Origin: Octopus vulgaris
Lineage: Eukaryota
NCBI GenBank assembly: GCA_951406725.2
Contig: OX597816.1
Span: forward strand, 113,646,001-113,710,000
Reading direction: 5' to 3'
DNA: 64,000 nucleotides
Shown: positions 1 through 13,705 of the stretch, in pieces
How the letters are laid out: each line of letters begins with the position of its first letter
Position numbering within the stretch: position 1 is the first letter of the stretch
Made by a program: the position numbers and the translations under genes
Notes under the pieces: model-generated
What the model was told of the DNA's origin: nothing
What the model saw: the letters and a program-made list of their open reading frames with translations, nothing else
The model's database searches: none

Positions 1-811
1 ATAAATTTTTATTGTAATATTTTTAATCATAAACTTTCTAAATCAACAACTGTCTTGACCTTAATTGAAACTATGAAGATAATTGTTTGTTTTATTGTTG
101 GACTTGACAGATGTTTTACAAAATTATGAAAAGTTTATCTCATATACTGTACAACATAACTGAATGTAAACATATATGTCTGCATTTATAATGATCTAAA
201 ATAATATTTATAATAAGGTACAATTCTAGTATGTAACACAGAAACTAATTCACCCTTTAGATTAAGCAGCAAGAGAAGATATTTTTTTTTAAATTATGGA
301 AAGTAAAATTACTTGTAGAAATCTGTTTATAAATTCATAGAAATTTGACTACATAGTTACTGATCTATGTAATTATCTTCCAACCTATCTATCTTACACT
401 CATCCTTCATTTTTAAAAGATGACCAAAACTCCACCTCATACACCACAACAATGGAGAATGCAGCTGTGCAGGCAACTGAAGATTAATTATTGCTTCCAC
501 CTGTACTACACATTCTGTGTAATGGAACTTACAAAAATGGTAGTATTTCACTGTTATAGATGTGAATGATACTTTAATTACTACAATCAAGGGTCTCTTG
601 TATGTTAATTAAAGAAGTTAAGGTTCTGACTTGCACTAAATTTGGCTTGTAAGGAGGGAGGGCCATGTTGAAAACCCAACCTTACTTGTTCATCCCTAAA
701 TTTGTGTACATGTGGCAAGGCTGCTAAGATGACTGGGTGTATATCGGAAATGCAGTAGAATGACCCAGATGAACTGTGTTTCTCATTGTCTTACAATAAT
801 ATTACTGGATA

Positions 812-947
812 CAGTTCTATATTTAAGAGATGAAGAATTATGTACATTATTTACATTCAACGGATATTTGTCCTCATCTTGCTTGTTGTTAACATTGTGT
901 TAACAACAAACAAGATGAGGACAAATATCTGTCGAATGTAAATAATG
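812..947. mobile_element. Short foldback insertion (probable Penelope-like terminal-repeat remnant) with 14-bp target-site duplication
   Basis: Inverted arms of about 50 bp (845-894 and 898-947, 3-nt spacer), flanked by aatattactggata (798-811) and aatattgctggata (948-961). Confidence 0.7.
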
Positions 948-3900
948 AATATTGCTGGATATCACCTCTTAGCTCTTTGAAATAAGTGGCTGATAGGGTT
1001 CCCTTTAAGCAAGTCACCAAAAACTCAGTTTTTTTATGTATCTTAAGCTTTTTACATTATATATGCTGTGTGTGTGTGGTTGTTTAGCTAACTGTTCATC
1101 TGCTTGTTATGTTTTTGTTTTTGTTTCTGTTAATGGTGGTTGTTCTATGTTATTGTTGAACCTGAGATAAGTGATGACAGAACTGGTCTATGTTCAAAGG
1201 CACTCCAGTTGCGACCACTCTGCCTTATTTTAAAGCTACGTGGGTATAATTGGTGAGAGATTTGGCTGCCATTTCTAGCAGGGTGGACAATCATGTAAAG
1301 GATCCATTATTAGCTCAAATGGCAATGTTATTCTTTATATAAGTAAGATGTCTTTAAGGAGAACAAAATATCAATTGTGACACTCATTTCTCAAAAAATT
1401 TACCAATATATAGAATGATATTGAGTTAGAATTGGATTTAGTTTGTTGAGAAATTAATACTGCAACACATGATCAAAAGTGTGGCTTTCACTCCCATCCC
1501 AGTACTCCAAAATATTTTTTCCACAAATTCTTTAAACTTTAACGAATTTTTTTAAAGCTACTTAAACCAACTATGTGGTTTTGGGGTTCTATCTCAATGT
1601 GTAACACCTTGGGTAAGTACTTTCTGCTGGAATTTGATAGATGGAAACTGTATGGAAGTCCGTAGGAGGTGCACTGTTTCTTGACGGTAGACTTAATCCA
1701 TTACCTACTTTAATGCAACTATCTTGTCTGTGGGTGCCTTTAGCAAAATCTACTCTTGCAAGCATTCAGTTCAGGTCTCTCTTCTGAGAATAACTTCTTC
1801 TCTTCTTACCACCTACCTCTGAGACCGTTCCTTCTCTGGTAAAGTAAAAAACTAAATTAAGAAGAAATTATGTTAATTAAGCAGTTTGTTAAGATATTCA
1901 GTGTTTTCTTTCATGATTCTCTTTCATACCAATATCTGTGACACAAATACCTTAATGATAAAACATTTTAAGTTTTTGATATCTTATTGTAAGGGTATTG
2001 TTATCATTATGATATTATTACCTTATTAAGTTTCTGAGACACTGAAAATTCAAAGCTTTGTTTTAACATTCATTGTATTCAAATGTATTCAATATCTTCA
2101 TCTTTCTTTAGTTTTGTGCTCTGAGTTCATATGCACTAAGAAACTATGTGTGAATCTATTCATATACACTAAGAATCTATGTGTAAACCATGTCACTTAG
2201 CAAAATTGCAAGCAGAAACTAGAGAGGATGTTTCCAAACTGCACTCTGTCATACATTGATTTAAGATTAACTCTTGCAATCCATTCTTAATTCTGGAAGA
2301 ATCATGACAGAATGATGCAGGCAAAGGATATATGGTGTATATGAAATATATATATACACACATTCACTCATATACACCACACAAACACACCAAATTTTAA
2401 CACATTTGTGTGTACATATATACATATTCACACACATATATATACATACATGTATGTGTGTTATTTCTTTTATGTGTTTTGGAGAAGTTCCAATGTTTTA
2501 AATCAAAACTTTTCTTAAGAAATTCTGAAGAAAAAAATTCTTTGCTCAACAATGAGTCCTTCAGTGTCTGATAAGGCTACTTAATCTTCAGATTATGACA
2601 ACCAATGCAAGATATATATATTTATTAGACTCAAGTAATAATGAAATGTATAAGGCATCAAGCTTCTTTCAGTGTGCTCAACCTGTCACAGTTCTTCCCA
2701 CATCTGTCCAACTGGTCCTTGTGTATTTGAAATCTTCCTGAAATAGCTAGTGCCATGTGTTTCAGGGACAGTCCTTATTCCTGTCTTCCATTTTCTGATG
2801 TCCCCCCTTGTTTTTAGTATAGACTAAGGTTTTGATGTCCCCTTCTTTTTAGTATAGACTAAGGAATAAAAAGTATCAATAAATGTAACCTAGAAGATAA
2901 ATCTCAAAGTTTTCTGTACTTATTTTCAAACTTCATAAAATAAGTCAACAAATAAATAAATAGAAGTAAAAATCAATATTAAGAAACTTACTGTTAATTC
3001 TCAGATATAACTTATGTTGTAGTGTAATCACGATATATTGTTCAGTTTCAAAGTCTGATTTTAATCAAATAGTTTATTGTAAAACATAGTTAATATGCTT
3101 TGAGATTTTCTTACTTGACTCAACATATTAATTAGAACAAATAATATTTTTCTTTATTTTATTCAATGCTTTTTTTTCTTCTGAAAGTTTAAATCATTTC
3201 ATAAAATTCTTTTAATGGTTTCTTATGATATTCATTCTAATAATCTTGTAAATTTTAATCTGAAATTATTCTTAAACTACTGTTTATTCAGCTAAGGAAA
3301 TAAACATGTAAGGAAACAAAGATATTAAAACAATATATAATCATTTCATACAAGATTTTCAAAGTCATAAAATATAAATACAAATATAGCCTGCCTGAAG
3401 GTACTTATTTGTTAACTGATGTTGTTACAAAGGGTTTTGTACTTCAACTGTAACTCTAGTGTACCCATATATTAAATGTTAATTGTTGTGGATTAAAAGG
3501 ATTGATTTTTAGGTCTTCAAACATTTGAGACTAGCTTTTGGCTAAGACTCAATATAGATAGTGAACTCTAAGAAATATAATGTTTAGACATACATAAATA
3601 TTTGGTGTACTGTGCTGAAGTATTTCTATATTATGTAGTGCCCACGGGCTTTTTAAGATTTTCGCAATTGGAAGATTAGGACACAGGAATAACAATTATG
3701 CCAAGAATGAATACTTTGAATTGTTGTAAATGGGAAGGAAGATATGTGCTGCAGTGAGATATTTCTAGGGATATTCTATGACCTCTGGAGAAATAAGTGC
3801 ATTAAGTAGATGTAGATTGTGATGACATAAAAATTGGAAGTTCAGGGAAGTGGCACTCACTATGGGAGCGGCAGCAAAAGTAGAGGTAGAAGTAGTAGTA

Positions 3901-4157
3901 GGAGTAGTAGTTAAAAAAAGGAATATGCAAAAGAAATTTAGTGCACAAAAAAATTTAATTACTCAAGAATGTTTATGATTGGAAGATTTCCTATTAAATG
4001 AGTAGCATTTTCTTAGACATAATCTAGAATATATGTCTATGTATGTGAAATACATCTTGTTATGAAACATATTTTATCTCTTATAAAATGTAAGAAAGTT
4101 TTCAAACGGTGATTTTGATTTCGAAATGGAGATATTGCCTAACTTATACACATACTG

Positions 4158-4210
<53 letters not shown>

Positions 4211-4258
4211 TGTATATATATATATACACACACACACATATATATGCATATATCTTAT

Positions 4259-4659
4259 ATCTTTTACTTGTTTCACTCATTAGATTGTGGCCATGATAGG
4301 GCATCAGCTTGAAGAATTTTTAATTCAGTGCATCGGCCCCAGTACTTATTTTTTAGAAAACCTGGTACTTATTCTACTGGTTTCTATTGCTGAACCGCTA
4401 AGTTATGAGGATGTAAACACACCAGCTCCTGTTGTCAAGCAGTAATGGGGGTGGGCAAACACAGAGACAAAGACACACACACTAGGTACACACATACAAT
4501 GAGCTTCTTTCAGTTTCTGTCTACCCAATCCACTCACAAGGCTTTGGTTGGCCCAAGGATATAGCAGAAAACACTGGCCCAAGATATCACATAGTGGGAC
4601 TAAACCTAGAACCATGTGGTTGTGAAGCAAACTTCTTACCACACAGCCATGCCTCTGCC
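4259..4659 (-). mobile_element. tRNA-derived SINE, family A (dominant SINE with central microsatellite)
   Basis: Matches about 10 other copies in the window: head gctgtgtggtaag...ggttcagtccca, body ccttgggcaagtgtcttctactatagc, tail gctccagcatggccacag...tgaaacaagtaaaag. Confidence 0.85.
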
Positions 4660-4679
4660 TGTATGTATATATATATGCA

Positions 4680-4847
4680 TAGGAGTAGGCGTGTGGTAAG
4701 AAGCTTGCTTCCCAACCTTATGGATCTGGGTTCTGGGTTCAGTTCCACTGCATGGCACCTTGGGTAAGTGCTTTCTACTATTACCTCAAGCTAACCAAAG
4801 CCTTGTGAATGGATTTGGTAGATGGAAACTAAAAGAAGTCTGTTGTG

Positions 4848-4878
<31 letters not shown>

Positions 4879-5003
4879 TTGTTGCTTGTGTCTGCGTTTG
4901 TGCCCCCACCATTGCTTGACAACCGATGTTGGTATTTATGTCCTCATCACAAAGCAGTTTGGCAAAAGAGACTGATAGAATAAGTGCAGAAAAGAAAATA
5001 AAG
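4680..5003 (+). mobile_element. SINE family A, 3'-truncated, head-to-head with the previous copy
   Basis: Same head and body motifs with a central (TG)n. Confidence 0.85.
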
Positions 5004-5020
5004 AATATATAAAATTCTTT

Positions 5021-5280
5021 AACTTTTTAATCAGTTTCAACTTGAAAGCTGTGGTCATGCTAGGGCACCACTGTTGGCTGTGCTACTCCATTATTTGAAA
5101 TCTCTTTTTATATGTGGCATTTGGTGAATGAAGGAGTTTGATGCTGCTGCCCTCATCTATGTTTCCTGCCATGAGGTAGGCTCATCTAGAACCTTTGACA
5201 GGAGGAGATCCAGGTTTGTTTTGAAAACACATATATCCACACAATTCAGGTCTCTCAATCATTTTGGAAGTATTCTGAAG
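5021..5280 (-). mobile_element. CR1/L2-group LINE 3' end (ORF2 C-terminus plus 3' UTR), degenerate
   Basis: Minus strand translates FRILPK*LRDLNCVDICVFKTNLDLLLSKVLDEPTSWQET*MRAAASNSFIHQMPHIKRDFK*, resembling the F..LP...FK..LD..L..VPD.P end of CR1-type ORF2. Confidence 0.7.
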
Positions 5281-5436
5281 AAAAAAACAACACAAAGACA
5301 GGTCAAGGAACAACAAGCAGGTGTATTAGTTTGATGTTTAGGAAGAATAGGAAAGCCTTTGTTGTTTCAAGCCTATGGTCTTTGACAGAAAGTAGGGATT
5401 AAAAGTATAACATGATGACATATATATATATGTATG

Positions 5437-5468
<32 letters not shown>

Positions 5469-5502
5469 TGTATGTATGTATGTATGTATGTATGTATGTA
5501 TA

Positions 5503-5610
5503 AAGATTGTAGATCTTTAGCTGGGCTAAAAAGTCACATTCGATCACAGCACCAGTAACAGTTAAGCTTTGTGCAATGGCCATACTCGATAACGAGGGGG
5601 CAGCCATCAT
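5503..5610 (+). mobile_element. RTE-BovB-type LINE extreme 3' end
   Basis: KDCRSLAGLKSHIRSQHQ* (half of a terminal C2H2-like finger) then a short UTR ending gcagccatcat. The same 3' end occurs at 55034-55114 on the minus strand. Confidence 0.7.
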
Positions 5611-6519
5611 GTATAAAGATAAATTTCCAAATTTTGGTTGGTAGGGATATAGAATCCAAGTGGGCTGGTAGGGATAAAGAATCTGAGAGGGAAAGAAGAG
5701 TTGATTTCCTTTGTTTGAGGGGTCAACTGTACCTGTGTATGTTTTATATGTTGTCTAGTCTGCAAACAGGGAAGACAACATTTCAAAAATTTTCTATCAT
5801 GTTAGCAGCATCCAAAACTTTTTTCTTTTTGGGTTCAAAAAGGCACCCAGAGCATGCAATATTTTAAAGATTATTTTGTTCTCAGTTAAGTATGGTTTGC
5901 ACCATCTGCTTCCATTGAGGTATGGTTCAGGTTGTTCTCTTTTTTTTTTTGACTTATGGACAAATAGTCTATAATGTATATAAATAGCCAGCTATCAATC
6001 ATACTTAATGTAAATACATTATTAAAAGGCAATTTACTGTGATATTCATCCAAAGATAACATCTTTTATGGACATGCTAAGTTTAAAAATGCAATATATT
6101 TCGGAGGGACATGAAAAATCATCCCAACAGTTGCCAATGAAAATGATAAATACATTTCAGCCTTGGTGGCCCTTATCATACTCAGAACCATAGATTGGAA
6201 AGCAAACTTAATTTCTTGTATCTACTCCTTAATTTATTTATTCATATATTTACTTGTTTACAGATTTATTTCATTTTTAAAAAATCTGTTTATTAGTTAA
6301 AGTAAATCAGTAAGATAATTTAATCTCTTTAAAAATGTTAGCAATATGCTTTGGTGACTATTTGATTAGAATGTGTTTCACTTATCATTCTAATCAAAAG
6401 TATTGTTTATTATTTTTAATTCCCTTTATTATTTCTAATGTTCTTTCTAAGCTATTTGATGTTTTCCTTCTATTTACTGTTGTTCAAAGTTTTATTAATA
6501 AGATATATGCATATATATG

Positions 6520-6536
6520 TGTATGGGTGTTTGAGC

Positions 6537-6577
<41 letters not shown>

Positions 6578-6621
6578 TATATATGTATATAAGTACGTAT
6601 ATCTGTATGTATGTATCTCTG

Positions 6622-6655
<34 letters not shown>

Positions 6656-6691
6656 TATGTATATAAGTATGTATATCTGTATGCATGTATG

Positions 6692-6743
<52 letters not shown>

Positions 6744-6766
6744 GTGTGTGTGTGTGTGTATGAATA

Positions 6767-6815
<49 letters not shown>

Positions 6816-6884
6816 ATATATGAATATATATATGTATGTTTGTGTGCATATATGTGTGTGTATGTATATTTATATGAATATATA

Positions 6885-6919
<35 letters not shown>

Positions 6920-6965
6920 GAGTATATATGTATGTATGTGTGTATATAAATGTAGTATATATTTA
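6520..6965. repeat. Compound (TA)n/(TG)n microsatellite
   Basis: Directly visible; source of the YIYI/CVCV ORFs. Confidence 0.95.
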
Positions 6966-7369
6966 TGTTTCTATATTGTTTTTTATGCGTTCTTTTCCAT
7001 ATTTATTATACAATAATTTGCTTAAACTAAATACCAGTACAGGTGATGAACATTTTCATTTGAAAATAGTAATACTTTGCTCTTTGTCTGAGTTCATCTA
7101 TAGACAAAACAAACACGACTAGAATAATTAAATAAAATTGCCTAATGACACTGCAAAGTGGTTGAATAGAAAATATAAAAAAATTAATAGATGAGTAGCT
7201 GAGAATGAATTTTTTAATTATGTCTTGAATTGCTTTTCATAAATTTTCTTGGTTTTATCTAAATTGTTCCCAATTTTGTCAATAATTAGTTTTAAAAGAT
7301 AAGGTACAGTTTATCTTACTTAAATTATTAATTGCCTATGGAAGGACAATAAATCTAATTAATAACATT

Positions 7370-7422
<53 letters not shown>

Positions 7423-9743
7423 TATGTGTAAATCTATATATATGTATACATATATGTACAGGTGTGTGTGTCTGTGTTTGTGTATTTGTGTGTTTTGCAT
7501 ATATATGTTTAGACCTTTAGTATTTTGATATTTTAACATTTTTTTTATTTCTGTGAGAATAATACCTATGGTCAATGCAGTATATGCACACAAAAGTGTT
7601 GCATTTTAGACTACTATTATATATGAAGCTAGCTGTTTAGTTTCATGTAAAACTTTTTTCCTTGGCAGAAGGGAACTGAAGTAATAAATTTTAATCTTTT
7701 TTGTTTGTTTGTGTGTTTGTTTTTTTTTGTAGTTTTTGCTTGGCCTGCACTAATCAAACACCTGGAAGCTTTACAAAAGAAAAAGATTCTTCGATAATAG
7801 CAAATTTTCATTTTGGATCTTCTGTTGAAAGATCTTTCTGACTGCTTTAGTATGTGGAAATTCTTAGCTAGACAAATCCTGCTGATTTATGACCCACTGA
7901 AATATGGAAATAGGTCTATTAACAATGTTCCTTGTTATTGAAGGAAAGTCTGATCCGTGAGTTTCTTGATAAATTAAATAGAAGAAATGAAATTTTCTAT
8001 TTTTTCTTAAGTCAGGAGCAAAAGCATTTAAGGGCCTCTTGACACTGGTGAGGAGAGGTAATATATATCTTCAAGTAATATATAGAAGTAATAATATATA
8101 TCTTCAAACTGAAAACTTGGTCTGAAGGCTTGCAACAGAATAGGCTCTGCTAAAGACACTTAAAGTACCCGTTGGGGTATTAAACCAGGCAAGGAGTTAA
8201 GTCCATCATCCATATAGGCTGCAACAGGATTTGAACTCAGAATGCTTAGAGCCAGGACAAATACCACAAGGCATCTGCTCCTGCAAACTTACTGTTCCAT
8301 TAGAATTCTACCAATGTGAACAAATAAGTATAACATTTGATAAAGTAAGCTGAATGCTAAAGGATTAATTTTCTGTCCACAAAGAGACTGGTGACTTAGT
8401 GCTATTTATATCAAATTCAAACTGAGAGTCAGCTGAAATGTTTAATCTTATTTGCATAAGTGACAATTTGCATGGTTAGTTAACTAATTAATTATGCACA
8501 ACACACTATGTATTAGAAAATCTTAAATTTAATGTAGGTATACTTCCAAATAGAGAATGAAATGAATTAGGTCAATCACAGTATTTTTATACCCATAGTG
8601 AGATATCATTTATATTTGGTTACAATTTGTAGTGAGGGTTATATTTTTAGAATTATAGTGAGTGCACTTTACACTTAAAATATGCTACATTGTGCATAAT
8701 AAATTACTTAAATAATCACATTGCCAATTAATATACTGTTATGCAAATTAGACTGGTTATTTCAGCTGAGCACTGGTTAGTGTCCAATATAAATAGCTAC
8801 AAGCTATCAATCTCTCTAAGGTTACAAAATAATAAATTTACAAATAATAATGAAACTAGTTAGAACAATCTCAGTATTTTCTGCTCAGGGAGGAGTAAAA
8901 ACATTTATTTCACAGTGAGCAGTGACGCTTATAATTTAAAAGTTTAATATCTATATATGTAATACACTCATAAAGTGTGAGTGTATATATATATATATAT
9001 GAATATATATATTTTTTATACATATATATTCATATGTAAATACATACATATGTGTAAGTGTATAGTTATTCATATGCACACATGCATACATATGAACATG
9101 TACAAGCACATTCAAATAATGTTGCATATTTTGGAGAATTTCAATAAAATTAATTACTGACATGGTATTTTTTATCTTATATTTTTATATTGTTTGCAAG
9201 CAAGACAAAACTGAAATCGATATGAACTAAAACTTATTAGAAAGAAAAATATAAACAAAAGAAAATACACTATTTTAAAAGAACTTGAACCATTCAGCTG
9301 AATGAAATCCAAAGTTAAAGGAAAGTTCCTCAGAATGGAAAGAATATGTCCACTGTTCTGAAATCTCAGTAGCTTAAATAAGGGAAAAAAATTAAAATAT
9401 AAATAAAAAATAAAATTGAATAAAAAGGAATTAATTAAAAAAAATCTCTTTGTTTCTACTGTCAATATGTTTTGCTTTTCTTATTTCATATTTTTTTCTT
9501 TTGAACTTATTACATTTCACTTTTAGAATTTTTGCATTTTTGTATAATTTTTTAAATAGGGCTTTTCTTTAAATAAATGAATAAAAAAAGGTGGGGTTAC
9601 ATTTCTTGTTTCATACATATATTTTATCTTTCAAATGCATTTTTGTGCATGTGTACGTATATTTATACATATATACATATATCTAAAAGAATAAGAAAAT
9701 TCTCTCTTAAATCACAGCTTCTATTGTGCATTCTTTGTTTCAG

Positions 9744-9843
<100 letters not shown>

Positions 9844-11065
9844 TTTAAAGACAATATGAAGCAAGAAAAATAATTTTCAGGTAGCTGTGATTTCTCATGG
9901 AAAGAAAATGTTTTTCATCAAAATTCAAAACAAGTGAATAACCACTGCTTTTGTCCCGTGTTTTGTAAACAATTCATATATGCATATGCACAAAAATATG
10001 CACAAACACACTCATACAGATTTGTGAACAAAGACACACACACACATGTTTAGATTATTCATTGTTATTAAATCAGAACTTAAAATTTTTTTTTTATTTA
10101 CCACTATATCAAATAAGACTTGTGAGAATAATTTTGGTTTTATTATTCAGAAAACACATACACCCACACCCGCACAAACACACACACACACACATACACA
10201 CACACATACACACACACACACGCACACACACACGCACACACACACACACGTGTTTATTCATATTAAAAACACAAACATACGTACATATAAAATATATATA
10301 CATACATACATTTACATACACTTATATATACATTCACATGCAGACATACATGCATATACACATATATACATGAATATATATATAGACACTTAATTTTACA
10401 ATGCATGTTTGTGTGTGTGTCAAAATATGGATATTTGTCTGAACTGAATCTTTCTAGTAGTTTTTCTATCTATGTGTTTATGTGTTATGTATTCAGAGCT
10501 GAGTCTGCTGCTCAGAGTTTCTCATTCCTGTTCCTCAGGTATTGTAGTTTTCAACACTTGCTTAGCAATTTATAGAAATCTGATATAAATTGTTAAAATG
10601 TTAACTTCCACCTGTACCACTGGAGGTTCATCACAAATGTCATGCAACTGCCAGTGACAAGCCATAGCAGTTAAATTACTTTAATACATATCTACTGTGT
10701 ATAATTATTGTAAATGCATATATTTTCCCACTACCCTTGTTATCTTAAATAGTTTCAGTATTTAAAACCAGTATTTAAGTTTGGTGTCTCAATATCACCC
10801 CGTCCCTCTTATTTTCCATTAATAATTCCTTTCTGTGTCTCCAGTCATCTCTCCCTCTCCTCTGAGTTACATCTTATGACTGACATATTCCATCTTATAT
10901 GAGATGTCATTCCCAAAACCATCGCATATCTACTGTCGACAGCCTCTGTAGACATTTGGGCTTGATGCAGCCCTCTGTCTCCTAGTCCTCAGGCAAACTG
11001 TCTATACTATGCAATATGGATGAGAGATTAAATGATGATGATGATGATGATATATACATATATAT

Positions 11066-11474
11066 AGGCACAGGTGTGGCTGTGTGGTAAGAAGTTTGTT
11101 TCCCAACGACATGGTTCCAGGTTCAGTCTCACTGTGTGTTACCTTGGACAAGTGTCTTCTACTATAGCCTTGGGCCGACCAAAGCCTTGTGAGTAGATTT
11201 GGCAGATGGGAACTGAAAGAAGCCTGTCATATATATATATGTGTGAGTGTATGTGTGTGTGTGTTCATGTGTCTGTATTTGTCCTCCCCACATTCACTTG
11301 ACAACTGATGTTGGTGTGTTTACAACCTTGTGACTTAGCAGTTTGGCAAAAGAAACCAATAGAATAAGTATTAGGCTTATGAACAAAAAGTCCTGGGGTC
11401 GATTTGTTCAACTAAAAGCAGTGCTCCAATATAGCTGCAGTCAAATGACTGAAACAAGTAAAAGAATAAAAGAA
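11066..11474 (+). mobile_element. SINE family A, full length
   Basis: ggcacaggtgtggctgtgtggtaag head through gactgaaacaagtaaaagaataaaagaa tail. Confidence 0.9.
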
Positions 11475-11504
11475 TATATGTATATATATATATATATATA
11501 TATG

Positions 11505-11717
11505 AGTGTAGCTGTCAGAATTGTTAGCTTGGTAGACAAAATGCTTTGTGGAATTTTGTCTGTCTTTATGATCTGAATTCAAACTGCATTGAGATCAAAT
11601 CCTATATTTAGGGATTGATGAAGTAATTACCAGTTGAATGGGGGAGGGGGGTTTAAATGTGATCAAGTAGTCCCCTCCCATCAAAAATTTCAGGCCTTGT
11701 CCCTTTTGTAGAAAGGA
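11505..11717 (+). mobile_element. SINE family B (tRNA-like head, Nin-domain-like body), degenerate
   Basis: Homologous to 23803-24045, 43720-43927 and 62655-62867 (gagctggcagaatcgttagc...ctgagttcaaat...taccagttga...ggccttgt). Confidence 0.7.
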
Positions 11718-12329
11718 TGCATGTGCTTGTTTATTTGTTTATGTGTGTGTGAGTGTTCTTAAATATGCACATAGCTGGCCAATCTGTTTTTATAGATCCA
11801 CACCTATTGCTTTCTCCTCATCTCTTTATCACTCAAACCTTCATCACACATCCATCTATTGGATTATTCTGCTACTGTAATTAAATACGGCACTCAGTGC
11901 CATACTTACTATGACTTTACTCTGTACTGTCAGCCATTACTCCCCCTCTCTTAACTTGCTTCATATTGTCATTCATTTTTACTATTGTCTCCAATTTGTG
12001 TCTACTCTCGACAAATCCCACCCTTAGTTGCTCCCTTTTCCTTTTCCTGCTACTCCTGCAATGTCTACCCACTCTTTCTGATTGTTCTGTCTCCATATTT
12101 TCGTCTATTCATCTTGAGAGTACTCTCCAACATCTCATCATCATTAGCTTCATTTCTCCTACATCCATCCTTCCATACATGTGCATACATACATGCATGC
12201 ATCTATCTATCCTTAAATATATACGTACAAACATGCACATACCAGCTCGACTGGTCCTGGTAACAATTTTAGCAGGAGTTATAGGGTATACACATAAGTA
12301 AGTGTATACCCTACACTTACACCGTATAT

Positions 12330-12575
12330 TCCTTGGGGATAAAACCAATGTTGTCTTCGAAACATATGTCGAAAGTAAAAGAATTTGAATAGCATCTGCG
12401 TTCAACTCCATTTATTTACTTATACTACACAAATGACTGCACATTAACCCGGAGTTTCTACCTTTGAATAGGTCACTACATCTTTGTTAGTTGCATGAAT
12501 TTTGCTACCCTGGTAACTGTTTATTGAATTTTCCATGTTAACAGTAAACAAAGGATAATTCATTCATCCATTTAC
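12330..12575 (+). mobile_element. Penelope-like terminal-repeat remnant (same family as 30081-30500), retains only the 3' half of the hammerhead
   Basis: tcttcGAAACatatGTCgaaagtaaaagaatttgaat...aactccatttatt...gtttctaccttt aligns with 30327-30440; ends at (TA)n. Confidence 0.6.
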
Positions 12576-12590
12576 ATATGTATATATATC

Positions 12591-12625
<35 letters not shown>

Positions 12626-12899
12626 AATGATAAAAGGGTAAAATGAATTAATTATTAATTAATAATTTTACCAAGTAGTGTTCAGTATGTAAAAAGACCA
12701 TTTACGGTATATTTAAAACAATACATAATATAATTAGGGTTCAGTAAAAAAAATTTACTTTACCACACACCAAACTTTTAGAAATAGCAGCCAAAAAATT
12801 TAGCTATTTCCTCTACTATAAGAAAAGTCTCCTAGACAATGTATACTCAAAAATAATTCACATAGGAAAAACAACGAAAGATCACACGTACAGCGATTA

Positions 12900-12983
12900 C
12901 TTGAGAATGCCGTTTCTGGATTAGTTAGATATAGAGATGCTAGAAATACATACTCCTATCAACATTTCCGTCATCAGCCCAAG
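12900..12983 (-). ncRNA. Type I hammerhead ribozyme-like motif, partly degenerate, within a repeat at about 12622-13015
   Basis: Minus: cttggg-CTGATGA-cgga...tcca-GAAA-cggca-TT-ctcaag. Stem I cttggg/ctcaag pairs fully with one GU; stems II and III are imperfect. Confidence 0.55.
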
Positions 12984-13012
12984 ATTTCATTAGGTTTAAA
13001 TTTGAGAGCACT

Positions 13013-13050
<38 letters not shown>

Positions 13051-13056
13051 TGTATG

Positions 13057-13087
<31 letters not shown>

Positions 13088-13128
13088 ATATATGTATATG
13101 TATATATGTATATGTATATATATATATG

Positions 13129-13167
<39 letters not shown>

Positions 13168-13188
13168 ATATATATATATATATATATA

Positions 13189-13700
13189 TCTCTTATTATA
13201 AAAGGCAGATTTTATCTGCCTCCCTCTGGGAGTTATACAAATCTACAATATAGGATTTCTTCAATTACAATTTACCTTGCATTTTTGAGAGTACAATGCA
13301 TTACGTCATGCCAGGTCCAGTTTTTAAAATTTAAACTCCAGTTAAGCAAAATTTACAGAAAACTCACATTCTGGTGTGTGTGTCAAATGCTTTTCTTAGT
13401 CTGGTTTACACCACACGCAAACGCACACACACAGTGGGCAACGAATAAAATGAAAGTAATTGACTTACTGTAGTGAGTGATTCTTTCACTCTGCCTCCCA
13501 CTTCCTCTTTCCACACAGACACGCAAATATATAAATAAAATTGTAAGCTAACGTGCGTGTGTGTGAGTGGGTGTGTGTGGGTGTGCGCTTGTGTGTGTGT
13601 GTGAGGGTGCGTGTGTGTGTGTCTGTGTGTGTGTGCGTGTGCGTGAGTGTGTGACAGGAAAGTTTTTTTACGACGAATATAACACCTATATCCAAGTAGC
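13189..13700 (+). mobile_element. Probable non-autonomous Helitron, 5' part
   Basis: Starts A|TCtcttattataaaaggcag like the other Helitron 5' ends here and has an internal (GT)n; no 3' CTAG end seen. Confidence 0.45.
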
Positions 13701-13705
13701 AGAAA

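Noticed and set aside
2796-2864. Short direct duplication of about 35 bp (similar ones at about 2127-2186 and 48370-48412)
   Set aside because: Ordinary slippage duplications with no further structure.
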